DNA of 62,472 nucleotides, the filler included, from Acidimicrobiia bacterium (GTDB lineage Bacteria; Actinomycetota; Acidimicrobiia; Spongiisociales; SHLN01), in NCBI GenBank assembly GCA_041619515.1. It is 9 parts of 9 records of this genome, joined end to end, with 100 filler letters (N's around TTAATTAATTAA, not from the genome) between each part and the next. Parts side by side here need not be neighbours in the genome. Positions count along the whole stretch, not along the records: positions 29,190 to 35,972 come from JBFKDW010000110.1; positions 36,073 to 42,830 come from JBFKDW010000111.1; 7 more parts are not named here. One strand, written 5' to 3'. The translations under genes and the position numbers were made by a program. This document shows positions 29,577 to 39,503 of the stretch, in pieces. Below the pieces are notes generated by a model, which had not been told where the DNA came from, searched no databases, and saw only the letters and a program-made list of their open reading frames with translations. Positions within the stretch are counted from its first letter, which is position 1. Each line of letters begins with the position of its first letter.

Positions 29577-29675
29577 CGGCTCCCCACTCCGTTACGCTCC
29601 GTGCACTTTAGCGACCGCGCACGGGGCAGAATCCGGACCGACGGGATGGGCCCTGCCTCCCACCGGTCGCACCGA

Positions 29676-30719
29676 TCACGCCAGTTGCAGCCTCGCTTCG
29701 ATCTCGCCGCCGACCACATCGCCGGTCGGTTCGAACCCAAGGGAGCGGTAGAACGGGTCCGGCGACCCTCGGCCGCTCCCCCAGCTGGTTACGAGCGTAT
29801 GCGCCCCCATCGACCGCAGCTCGACACAGACCAGGTCCAGCGCCCGACGCCCGATTCCCCGCCGCTGATGGAGCCGATCGATCAGCAGTCGCCACAGGTA
29901 CGGCTCGGGATGGTGGCAGGTAGCCAACGCCAGCATGACGAATCCGACAACCCGTCCGTCCGCCTCGATGGCCCGCATCCACGGAGCCAGCGGCGCGCCG
30001 CCGACGACCCGCGGGAAGAGGGCGTCGGCGTATGACGATCCCATTGGTGCCACAAACCGCTCCTGGGTCTTGTGCGTTTCGAGCGCGTCGACCGCCCACC
30101 GGTTCGACTCGTCGATCGCGGCGAGCTTCACCGAGCCCGGTGTAGCCCGGGACCGATCCCGCCATGTCTCGTAGTCGGTTCGCACCATGCCGTAGATGCA
30201 GTCGTCCAATACCTGATCGGCGAGCCGGTAGGAGCCCCGAGTGCGACCCTCGAACCGGAAGCCGGTCCGCTCCAGCACCATCGCCGAGGCCACGTTCTCC
30301 GCGGCCAGCATCCCGAACACTCGCGTTACTCCGGCGGTTTCGAATAGGTATCGCACGAGCGCTGCGACCGCCTCGACGGCGTAGCCACGCCCCCAATGCT
30401 CGGATGCCAGCGTGTAACCGATCTCGGCGGTCCGCATTCGATCCCTCATGCGAAGCGCCAGGTCCCCGACGATCTCATCGAGTTGCCGATCGACGATGGT
30501 CAGCATGTACCAGACGTCGTCGGCGGGACCGTCCATGGCGGCGATGTCCCCCACCATCTGTTGGGCGCGAGCTCGCGGAAAGGGACGGGCCCAATCCTGA
30601 AATCCGGCCACCCGGGGATCGCTACGTCTGGCGACCAGCGCATCGACATCGCCCGGCCCGGCGGGTCGCAACACGAGGCGGTCGGTCTCGACTGGAATGA
30701 ACGGCACGGCCCGATTCAA
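29676..30719 (-). CDS. Tandem GNAT acetyltransferase (RimJ/RimL-like + second GNAT)
   Basis: ETDRLVLRP, EIGY..EHWGRGYA, ENVASAMVLERTGF; second domain LLIDRLHQRRGIG, FYRSLGF. Start may be GTG 30707. Confidence 0.85.
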   Translation of the reverse strand: MNRAVPFIPVETDRLVLRPAGPGDVDALVARRSDPRVAGFQDWARPFPRARAQQMVGDIAAMDGPADDVWYMLTIVDRQLDEIVGDLALRMRDRMRTAEIGYTLASEHWGRGYAVEAVAALVRYLFETAGVTRVFGMLAAENVASAMVLERTGFRFEGRTRGSYRLADQVLDDCIYGMVRTDYETWRDRSRATPGSVKLAAIDESNRWAVDALETHKTQERFVAPMGSSYADALFPRVVGGAPLAPWMRAIEADGRVVGFVMLALATCHHPEPYLWRLLIDRLHQRRGIGRRALDLVCVELRSMGAHTLVTSWGSGRGSPDPFYRSLGFEPTGDVVGGEIEARLQLA

Positions 30720-30877
30720 GCGAATCGAGCGGGGTTTCGGTTCGGTTAGCCGGATGACCGCTCGTTATGGCGCTCCAATGGGTGACGGTGGACACTTGAC
30801 TGACTGCCTGCGGCCCGGCAAAGTCTCAACGCAGACAGGTACCGTCACCGACGGTCCGCTCGGCCAAGGAGGTCGCG

Positions 30878-31342
30878 ATGGCAGCCACCGGCAAGCCGGC
30901 CAAGGGCAGCACCCAGTCCGACGCGGAGGCCGCCGGTTTCACCGCCGAGGAGCGCGCCGCCATGAAGGAGCGCACCAAGGAGCTGAAGGCCGCCAGAGGC
31001 GGGAAGAAGGTCGACGGCACCGCGGAGGTGCTGGATAAGATCGCCGCCATGGCAGACGCCGACCGCGCCCTGGCAGAACGGCTCCACGAGCTCATCACCA
31101 CCGCTGCACCCGAACTCACACCCAGGACCTGGTACGGCATGCCCGCCTACGCACGGGACGGCAAGGTCGTGTGCTTCTTCCAGGACGCCGGCAAGTTCAA
31201 GGCCCGCTATGCGACGCTGGGATTTCAAGACTCGGCCAACCTCGACGACGGTGCCATATGGCCGACCTCGTTCGCCGTGACCAAGCTGACCAAGGCCGTC
31301 GAGAAGCAGATCGTGGGACTCGTGAAGAAGGCGGTCGGCTGA
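30878..31342 (+). CDS. DUF1801 (YdhG-like) protein
   Basis: GFTAEERAAMKER, WYGMPAYA..GKVVCFFQ..KFKARYATLGF; AAGGAGG RBS. Confidence 0.85.
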   Translation: MAATGKPAKGSTQSDAEAAGFTAEERAAMKERTKELKAARGGKKVDGTAEVLDKIAAMADADRALAERLHELITTAAPELTPRTWYGMPAYARDGKVVCFFQDAGKFKARYATLGFQDSANLDDGAIWPTSFAVTKLTKAVEKQIVGLVKKAVG

Positions 31343-31673
31343 GCGCCGACTCGTCGCCGCCATCTGCAAGCTGCGTGCTCGGCGGCTCACCGATCTCGTG
31401 GCACGGAGACGTCGCCGAGCGGTCTTTCGCCCCCCTCGACACCGTCGGTGGCACCGCCGGCGGCCTCAACCGCTCGAATGATCTTCCGCACCAGCACCAG
31501 CCACAACACCGACCCGAGACTGAGACAGATCAGCGCATCGGATCGGGCTCGATCGTGACTTTGTCCCTCTTAGCAGGCGGGCGAACGGCTGATACGGTGG
31601 AAAACAGTCAGCCATGGCTAGGGGGAATTCCGACTTTCGTGTTCCCGGCCGACTTCGCTCGAAAGGAGGACGC

Positions 31674-32414
31674 ATGCGAACCAGATTTCGTACGCTCACG
31701 GTGGTGGCCGTCGCGTCGATGCTGATTGCCATGATGGGGGTGCCGGCTGCGGCATTCGATTATGAGGGCGATCAGTTCTTCGTCGGTGACATGACCATCG
31801 CTGCCGGCGACACGGTCAAGGGCAACGTCACAATCAAGAACGGGACCCTCCTCGTCTACGGCATCGTCGAAGGCGACGTACTGCAGAAGGGCAAGGGTGA
31901 CGTCGAAGTCCTCGCCGGCGGGCTGGTCATGGGCAGCATCGACGAGCGCGGTCCCGGACGGGTCTATCTCGAGTTCGACGAGGGTGGCACCGTGGAAGGA
32001 TCCATCTACGAACGAGGCCGGGGCTCGGTCGAGGTCTACACCAACAGCCTGGTGAAAGGTGACATCGTCGAGCGTGGGTCCGGAGACGTCCGCGTCGCCA
32101 ACAACAGTGTCGTCGAGGGCAGCATCTACGAGAACAGCGGTGGGCTCGTACTGGTAGACGCCTTCGACGTGCCGAGTCTCGTCAAAGGCGACGTCTACGA
32201 ATCTGGCCCCGGCGGCCTGCATATCTTCAACAGCACCGTCGAAGGCAGCCTGACAGAACGCGGGTCCGGCGTCGTGCCCGGCTATGTGTTCGGCGTCGTC
32301 GTCGAGAGTTTCAGCCTGGTGGGGGGCAATGTCTGTGAGAGTGGCTCACCGGCTGGGATATCCATCTTCGTCGACAACACGAGCACCGTAGTGGGCACCC
32401 TGGGTTCCTGCTGA
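31674..32414 (+). CDS. Secreted repeat protein, predicted beta-solenoid
   Basis: AAAGGAGG RBS; Sec signal ending PAAA; about nine ~20-aa repeats [SG]xVxG[DS][IV]xExGxGxVxV. Confidence 0.8.
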   Translation: MRTRFRTLTVVAVASMLIAMMGVPAAAFDYEGDQFFVGDMTIAAGDTVKGNVTIKNGTLLVYGIVEGDVLQKGKGDVEVLAGGLVMGSIDERGPGRVYLEFDEGGTVEGSIYERGRGSVEVYTNSLVKGDIVERGSGDVRVANNSVVEGSIYENSGGLVLVDAFDVPSLVKGDVYESGPGGLHIFNSTVEGSLTERGSGVVPGYVFGVVVESFSLVGGNVCESGSPAGISIFVDNTSTVVGTLGSC

Positions 32415-32702
32415 CTGAGTCGAATCAAGCACGCCACGGCCCCGGGCGACCGGGGTCACCGGCGAGAGCAAGCCGTCACGGAGTAACGGCTCGATCCTCT
32501 GTGCGATGACCAGCTTCGATGAGCGATTGTTTTCGGGGGGTTGATGTCGGCCGCCCCGGGGCGGGCGAGGGATCAGTTCCGGCGTGTGTGCGGTGTATCT
32601 CTGGATTTCCACCTCGCCGCACCACCGCTCTTGCCCGCGCCCGTGTCGTGTCGCCGGCTGCGCGGATGACAGTGCTGAGTCCAACGGCTATACAGTCGGT
32701 GC

Positions 32703-35420
32703 GTGGCCCAGATCCCTGCACCTCTGAACCTCGACCCGGAACGGGTGGACGCCGACTTCACGTTCCTCCTCGATGCGTTCCGAGAGGTGCTCGACGAGCT
32801 GGGTGCGGGGGACGTGGCGGCGGCCCTGCCGTGGGGGCAGCCGGCGCCCCGCGCCGTCGAAGACGTCGACCCGCGCCGGCTCACCCAAGCTTTGTCGATT
32901 GCGTTTCGGCTTGCGGCGCTCGCCGAGGAGAACGCATCGGCCCAGCACCGCCGGAGGCTGCAGAACGAACAGGGTCTGGACTCGGTTTCCGGTCTGTGGG
33001 GTCGCATGCTCGCCAATCTGGAGGCGGCGGGCCATGATGCCCCTGCGATCGCACGGAGCCTGGCCGGTGTCAGAGTGGAACCGGTGCTGACCGCGCATCC
33101 AACCGAGGCAAAACGGGCGACGGTGCTCGAGCATTACCGAACCATCTACCTGAGCCTCGTGGCCCGCGAAAACCAGATGTGGACCGCCGCCGAACGACAC
33201 GACATTCGACGTGACGTCAAGGCGGCCCTCGAACGGGTGTGGCGGACCGGAGACATCTTCCTCGAACGCCCCGAGGTGGCCGACGAGCTCCGCAACGTCG
33301 TCCACTACCTCGTCCGGGTGTTTCCCGAGGTGATTCCCCGACTCGACGACCGGCTGCGCTCCGCTTGGGAATACGCCGGATTCGATCCTTCCCTGCTCGA
33401 CTCCGCGGCACTGCCGCGAGTGTCGTTCGGCACCTGGGTCGGCGGCGATCGTGACGGCCACCCGTTCGTGACGGCGGCGGTTACGGGCGAAACGCTGAAC
33501 CGGCTCCACGAGCAAGCGGTAACCCTCATCGACACACTGCTGAGCGAGCTGGCGATGCGGCTCAGCCTCTCCGATCGGCTCCACGAGATACCGCCGGCCA
33601 TGGCGGCATGGGTGGCGTCGACGGCCACGGCCCTCGGCACCGCCGGCCGGCGTGCGGTCGAACGAAACCCCGAGGAGTCGTTTCGCCAGTGCGTGAACCT
33701 GATCCGCGCGCGGCTCCCGGGTGGCGAAGCATCCTCCGCCTACGGGAACGCCGCCGAGGCGCTGAGCGACCTGGCGCTCCTGGGCGGATGGCTCGAGGAC
33801 ATCGGCGCCACCCGACTGGCCCGGAATGATCTCGACCCGGTCGTACGCGTCGTCCAGACGTTCGGGTTTCATCTCGCCACGCTCGATATCCGCCAGAACA
33901 GCCGGTTTCACGACCTCGCCGTCGGACAGCTGCTGGCCGCCGCCGGCATTCCAGATGGCGGCTCGTTCGGCTCATGGGACGAACAGAAGCGCCGGGAGGT
34001 CCTCACCGTCGAACTGGCATCGCCGCGGTCGCTGTCTGCCGTCGACGTATCGTTCGGCGCCGAAGCTGATGCCGTCCTGTCCTGCTACCGGGTGCTGCGC
34101 CGCCACATCGACGAGCGGGGTGCCGACGGCATCGGAAGCCTCATCGTCTCCATGACCCGCAGCGTGTCCGACCTGCTGGTGGTGTATCTCCTGGCGAAAG
34201 AAGCGGGTCTCGTCGAGGTGGATGAGACCGGCTTGCGCTGTCTGCTTCCGGTGGTGCCGCTGTTCGAGACGATCGACGATCTCGAAGCCAGTCCGCTGAT
34301 CCTCGCCGAATTCCTCCAGCACGATGTCACCCGGCGCACCCTGGCCGCCCAGGCTCCTGAAGGCACCGCTCCGTTCCAGCAGGTCATGATCGGGTACAGC
34401 GACAGCAACAAGGACGGCGGCATTCTGGCGAGCCTGTGGGGTCTGTACCGGGCACAGGAGACACTGGCCGCAGTCGGCGACACGGCCGGGGTGGCCATCC
34501 ATTTCTTCCACGGCCGAGGGGGCACCATCAGCCGAGGTGCCGGCCCCACCCACCGGTTTCTCAGGGCGCTGCCGCCGGGATCGTTGTCCGGGGTGCTCCG
34601 GGTCACCGAGCAGGGCGAGACGATCTCCCAGAAGTATGCCAACCGCATCACCGCCGAGCATCACCTCGAGCTGCTCCTGGCGGGGGCGGCAGGTGCGACG
34701 ATCGGGACCCGGGCGACCCGGTTCACGCCGCGCCACCTCGAGCCGGTGTTGGACCGGCTGGCGGTGGCGAGCCGCGTTGCATACGGCGACCTGCTGCATC
34801 GCGACGGGTTCGTCGAGTTTTTCCGCCAGGCCACACCGGTCGACGTCATCGAGCGCAGCAGCATCGGGTCGCGCCCGGCCCGCCGCACCGGGCAGCCGAC
34901 GATCGCCGATTTGCGGGCGATCCCCTGGGTGTTTGCCTGGAGCCAGTCCCGCTACTTCCTGTCCGGGTGGTATGGCCTCGGCACAGCTTTATCGGAGCTG
35001 CAGTCGACGCATATCGAGGAATACTTGGAATTGCTGAGCCACGTCTTCGATTGGCCGCCGCTCCACTATGTGGTCAGCAACGCCGCCACCAGCATCGCCT
35101 CCACCGACCCGGAGCTGATGGAGCAATACGCCGGCCTCGTAGATGACCGGACGGTCCGTGACCGATTCCTCGGCCCGATTCTCGAGGAACGCCAACGCAC
35201 GAACGCCATGCTCGAGGAGATCTACGCTGGCCCGCTGCACCTGCGTCGTCCCAACACCTGGCGGGCCCTCGAGTTGCGCGCACCGGCGCTGCGTCCCCTC
35301 CACGAGCGCCAAATCGCTCTGATTCGGCAGTGGCGGGCCGACCCGGACGACGAGGCACTTCTCAGTGACCTGCTCGTGACCGTCAATGCCATCGCCGGTG
35401 GCCTCGGCTCGACGGGGTGA
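32703..35420 (+). CDS. ppc: Phosphoenolpyruvate carboxylase
   Basis: VLTAHPTE, WVGGDRDG, QVMIGYSDSNKDGG, FFHGRGG, LRAIPWVFAWSQSR; TACAGT 6 nt before the GTG. Confidence 0.96.
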   Translation: MAQIPAPLNLDPERVDADFTFLLDAFREVLDELGAGDVAAALPWGQPAPRAVEDVDPRRLTQALSIAFRLAALAEENASAQHRRRLQNEQGLDSVSGLWGRMLANLEAAGHDAPAIARSLAGVRVEPVLTAHPTEAKRATVLEHYRTIYLSLVARENQMWTAAERHDIRRDVKAALERVWRTGDIFLERPEVADELRNVVHYLVRVFPEVIPRLDDRLRSAWEYAGFDPSLLDSAALPRVSFGTWVGGDRDGHPFVTAAVTGETLNRLHEQAVTLIDTLLSELAMRLSLSDRLHEIPPAMAAWVASTATALGTAGRRAVERNPEESFRQCVNLIRARLPGGEASSAYGNAAEALSDLALLGGWLEDIGATRLARNDLDPVVRVVQTFGFHLATLDIRQNSRFHDLAVGQLLAAAGIPDGGSFGSWDEQKRREVLTVELASPRSLSAVDVSFGAEADAVLSCYRVLRRHIDERGADGIGSLIVSMTRSVSDLLVVYLLAKEAGLVEVDETGLRCLLPVVPLFETIDDLEASPLILAEFLQHDVTRRTLAAQAPEGTAPFQQVMIGYSDSNKDGGILASLWGLYRAQETLAAVGDTAGVAIHFFHGRGGTISRGAGPTHRFLRALPPGSLSGVLRVTEQGETISQKYANRITAEHHLELLLAGAAGATIGTRATRFTPRHLEPVLDRLAVASRVAYGDLLHRDGFVEFFRQATPVDVIERSSIGSRPARRTGQPTIADLRAIPWVFAWSQSRYFLSGWYGLGTALSELQSTHIEEYLELLSHVFDWPPLHYVVSNAATSIASTDPELMEQYAGLVDDRTVRDRFLGPILEERQRTNAMLEEIYAGPLHLRRPNTWRALELRAPALRPLHERQIALIRQWRADPDDEALLSDLLVTVNAIAGGLGSTG

Positions 35421-35878
35421 CCGCAGTTCAGGGTCGACGCCTTGGCGCTCCTGGGCCACCGATACGAGATCGGCGAGTTGCTGGTCGGACACCGAACTGC
35501 CGAGAGTCCAGCCCCTGACCTCGGTTGGCGAACCCGCGACCTGCTGCGGAGCGTGTCTGACGTCAGCAGCCTTTCGGCACGGTTGGGCGTGGCCAGATGA
35601 GGGAGAGCGAGCAGTTCGGCTACCCACGATGCGTCGTGATGAGAGCTGAAATCCTCCACAACACTCAAAGATTCTGCCCACTCGAGAAGCGAGCCGTCAC
35701 CTCGGAATCGCGGATTGCGTCAGCGCGACGACGGATTGCTCACGGAGGGGCGCCTCAGTCGAGACGCCCCTCCAGCCATCCCCATGGCTGCTCACAAGCT
35801 CTATCCCCGGCAGGCGGTGTTGCGTAACGGCTTGAATTGATCTTGTTACTTCCTCGGCCAGCTGGGCATGAACCGGGC

Positions 35879-35972
35879 ATGGGAGCAGAAGTGGCACGAT
35901 TGGACACGGAGGCAGCGAAGCTCGCTGATCCGCGCTATCGCTGCCTCTTCGACGACCATTACCGAGCGATCC
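35879..35972 (+). CDS. Possible N-terminus of an ECF sigma factor, cut by contig end
   Basis: MGAEVARLDTEAAKLADPRYRCLFDDHYRAI resembles ECF region 1.2/2.1, but only ~31 codons are visible. Confidence 0.35.
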
Positions 35973-36072
35973 NNNNNNNNNNNNNNNNNNNNNNNNNNNN
36001 NNNNNNNNNNNNNNNNTTAATTAATTAANNNNNNNNNNNNNNNNNNNNNNNNNNNNNNNNNNNNNNNNNNNN
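35973..36072. other. Artificial contig spacer
   Basis: N-run with TTAATTAATTAA. Confidence 0.99.
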
Positions 36073-37187
36073 ACGGCGATCAGACCCACGGTGAGCGCCG
36101 CCAGCGCCCACAGGGTCACCGCTGCGTCCACTTCGGAGACCAGCGGCGTCGCCGCCAGCACGATGGCGGCAAACGCCAGGCGGACCGGAGCGACGCCGGT
36201 GACCCTGGCGCGGGTGGCGGCCGCCGCCGTGCCGCCGACGAACAGAACCACACCGAGGGTGAGCGCCAGTGCAGCTTGGGAGGACAACGCGTCCCCGGGG
36301 TGCGCGACCGCCTCCTCGAACCCGACGGCGATGCCGATGACCCCGGCCACGACGGTGGCGTGGGCCAGCGAGAACACGTCCCGGGCGAACGCCCCCTGCG
36401 TTTCCGGCTTCTCGAGCGACAGCGCATGCTCGAAGGCGACGTGCAGGGCGGCGAAATAGGTCCACCACAGGGCGCAGGCCGCCACCACCGCTCCGGCCAC
36501 AGTCCACGCGAGGGTTGCGGTCCGGTCCAGCCCGGAGGTCGCCAGCCCGGCGGCGATCAGCGACTCGCCGAGGGCGATGATGACGATGAGGCCGTGGCGC
36601 TCGGCGAAGTGGCTGTGATCGAGCGACCACGAGCCGCGGCCGGCGAGCGCGCCGGCGACGAGGTCGGCGACGAGCGCCGCCAGCCACATCCACACGCGGG
36701 CATTGCCGTCGACGAACCCGCCGGCCAGCACCAGGGCGAGCCCCACCGCCGAAGCCCGGGTCCAGATGCTGAGCCCGCTGAACCCGACGTCTTCGCCCCG
36801 CAGGATCCACTCCTGGGTGCCGAGGCCGATGAGCCGCACGACCACGTAGCTGATGGCGAACCACACTCCGGCGGTGGTGAAGGCATCCGGCACCGCCTGG
36901 GCGAGGAAGAAGGCGACCGCAGTGGCGGCCAGCACGAGGAGGCGCACCCCGCTGTGCTCGGTGTCGGCCCAGTTCAACGTCCAGGTGAACTGGGTCCACG
37001 ACCACCACACCAGCCAGAACAGCAGCGCCGCCTTGCCGACGCCGGTCCACGTCAGATCGTGCAGCACGGTGGAGGTCAGCTGGGTGACGGCATAGACGAA
37101 GACGAGGTCGAAGAACAGCTCGACGAACGTCGCCCCCTGATCGTGTTGCACTCGCAGCCCTGATCGTTCGGCCACATCACCTCCCAC
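36073..37187 (-). CDS. Low temperature requirement protein A family, 3'-truncated
   Basis: ATFVELFFDLVFVYAVTQ, HFAERHGLIVIIALGES, LWWTYF. Confidence 0.9.
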
Positions 37188-37326
37188 TCCGGGGCAGGCT
37201 ACCGGCCGGGGCGGCCATCGCGTCGACGCCGGTGCTGCCCTCCCACGTTCGGATGGAAGTCGATTCCGTCAACTGATGTACTGTCAACCGGCTATCTTAT
37301 TGAGGTGCAACACCTCGGAGGTGGTG

Positions 37327-37833
37327 ATGGAGGCCGACGAGCGCGACTTCGCCGCCGGAGTAGCAGCAACCTGGGTGGATCATCTGTCCGGTATCGATCC
37401 CCTCCTGCTCGAGATCGCGGTTCGGCTCGAGCGAACCCTCAAGCACCTGAATCGGGAGCTGGAGATGGCGCTCGAGAAGTTCCATGCCGAGGGGATTCGC
37501 AACATGGAGGACTTCCGCCTCCTCGCCCTGCTGCGCCGGGTGGGGCCCAAGGGTGCCACGACCACCGAGGCCAGCCGCGAGATCGGCATCACCAAGGCGG
37601 CGACATCCACGAGAGTCGACCGCCTGGTCACCGCCGGCCTCATCGAGAGAGAAGCATCTGAGTTCGACCGGCGGGAGACGATTCTCACGCTGCGGGCCCC
37701 TGCCTTCGGTCTCGTCGACGAGTGCCAGCGCGCCACGATGGAGGTCTATCAGACCGTACTCTCCCAGCTGAGCAAGAAGGAACGAGGCCAGTTGAATTCG
37801 TTGCTCACCAGCCTGTCATTCCCACACGCCTGA
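37327..37833 (+). CDS. MarR family regulator
   Basis: GGAGG RBS; ITKAATSTRVDRLVTAGLIER..DRR. Confidence 0.85.
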   Translation: MEADERDFAAGVAATWVDHLSGIDPLLLEIAVRLERTLKHLNRELEMALEKFHAEGIRNMEDFRLLALLRRVGPKGATTTEASREIGITKAATSTRVDRLVTAGLIEREASEFDRRETILTLRAPAFGLVDECQRATMEVYQTVLSQLSKKERGQLNSLLTSLSFPHA

Positions 37834-37911
37834 GACGGATCAACCTCGGTCGCCGGGGACTATCCGCCAATCGGGCTCCTATCTCTGCGACGGATCCCAC
37901 GGGGTGCCCGA

Positions 37912-38706
37912 TCACGTCGTCGGGGCCACGAGACGTGCTGAGCCCAGGCGATTCTCCGCTTCATGTCGGACGAGGACTTCACCGGCGGAGCTCAGCGCCG
38001 TGAACACGAAATCCCCCCGGTAGTCACCAACGTCGAAGAAGGCGCTTTCCCCAAACGGCCGCTGCCACAGTGCGGCTCCATCGTCGAGCTCGAGCGCCAC
38101 TACCGCGGTGGCCTCCGGAATCCCGACCCAGGCCACGTAGTTGCTGCTCCCGCCGCCGCCGGTGCTCTGGAGGATGCCGATCGACAGCATGCCGGTGGCC
38201 TCGGCGCCGGCCGGACGCAACGTCCCACCCCCGGCCACCCGGTCACCGCCGACCGCCACCGCCGGAGCGCCCACATTGCCGGAATCCCCCCGTGCCCACT
38301 CCAGGATGCGACGGACCACGCCGGTGCCGATCGCATACGTGAACACCGAGTGTTCCGACACGTCGCCGATGTACATCAGCCCCGCCGTAGTGTCGAGCCG
38401 GTGGGTGACCGGCCAGCGAGGCTCGCCGGCCGTGAACGCCATCTCCTCCCCGAGCCCGGTTGGGTCGAACGCCGGTTCGGGTCCCGGGAGAGCCCGATGG
38501 GCCGTCTTGGTCTCGCCCCGCGAGTCGGTGACGGTCACCGATCCGTCGACCGGCAACGAAACCAACCCGCCCAGGCTGACGCGGGCCGCCTCGGTCCCGG
38601 AAGCAGGTCGGTACGTGGCCGGCTCGGATATGAGCGTCGTGGCCACCAACGCGATCAGGGCAATGCCGGCCAGGATGCCGACGGCCGCCAGCCAATACCT
38701 GTTCAC
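37912..38706 (-). CDS. Hypothetical N-terminally membrane-anchored protein
   Basis: GTG overlapping the upstream stop; one TM helix (YWLAAVGILAGIALIALVA), then a soluble domain. Confidence 0.65.
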   Translation of the reverse strand: MNRYWLAAVGILAGIALIALVATTLISEPATYRPASGTEAARVSLGGLVSLPVDGSVTVTDSRGETKTAHRALPGPEPAFDPTGLGEEMAFTAGEPRWPVTHRLDTTAGLMYIGDVSEHSVFTYAIGTGVVRRILEWARGDSGNVGAPAVAVGGDRVAGGGTLRPAGAEATGMLSIGILQSTGGGGSSNYVAWVGIPEATAVVALELDDGAALWQRPFGESAFFDVGDYRGDFVFTALSSAGEVLVRHEAENRLGSARLVAPTT

Positions 38707-39461
38707 CCTCGCCCTCCGGCGATTCGCTGCATCGCCGACGCGATCAACGCCCGGTGGTCGAAGGACTCCAGGCGTACGTCCCCGACCGGCACACCGGCGG
38801 CCGTGATCGTCACGAGCGCACCATCGACGGTGCTGCGAGCGCTCCACGCCGCTTCAGTCCCGGTGAGCTCGAACCGGCGCGGCCGGCCATCGACGGATAT
38901 CTCGACGGGTCGCCTGGGAGCGTCTTCACCGGCGAGTGGGGGCACTGCTCCGCTACCGGCCCGCGGATCGGGAAGTGGCACCGACTCGGGCCAGGAGCTC
39001 GCAACGGTCACGGTCGCCGCCCGGGTCTGACTGCCGATACGGATCTCGGCCAGCTCGGCTCCGTTGGTTCGATAGCCGCCGAGGGCGCGCTCCCCCGCCG
39101 CCGGTTCAGCCGCGAAAACCGGCCCGGGTGCACTCATGAGGAATCGAAGACGGCGCAGCTCCGCTCGACGAGGAGACCACGCTGCGATGAGCTGCGTCAG
39201 CAGGTGGCCGCGGGAGTCGTCGAGCAGACCCGAGCCGAGCACGATCAGAGCGAGCACGACGACGAGAGCACTCGCCACCGCCGCGCCGGAAACCCCCAGC
39301 AGGACGTCCCCGAGCACGGCCGCACCCGCCACACCGGCGGCGGCCATCAGCCACCCCCGCCGGTTCAGGTCGACGGTCCTGCTCCTCCACAAGAGGCGAA
39401 GCATCCGGGCCGGAGCGCCGGCACGGCGGCGCGGGCCGAGCTTGGTCTCCCCGCCTACCAC
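38703..39461 (-). CDS. Hypothetical two-TM membrane protein
   Basis: Two hydrophobic helices then a soluble C-terminal domain; start uncertain (GTG 39461 or ATG 39404). Confidence 0.6.
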   Translation of the reverse strand: MVGGETKLGPRRRAGAPARMLRLLWRSRTVDLNRRGWLMAAAGVAGAAVLGDVLLGVSGAAVASALVVVLALIVLGSGLLDDSRGHLLTQLIAAWSPRRAELRRLRFLMSAPGPVFAAEPAAGERALGGYRTNGAELAEIRIGSQTRAATVTVASSWPESVPLPDPRAGSGAVPPLAGEDAPRRPVEISVDGRPRRFELTGTEAAWSARSTVDGALVTITAAGVPVGDVRLESFDHRALIASAMQRIAGGRG

Positions 39462-39503
39462 GTCGATGACCTGTTGGCATGTGTTCGCATGAGACCCCGT
39501 GTC

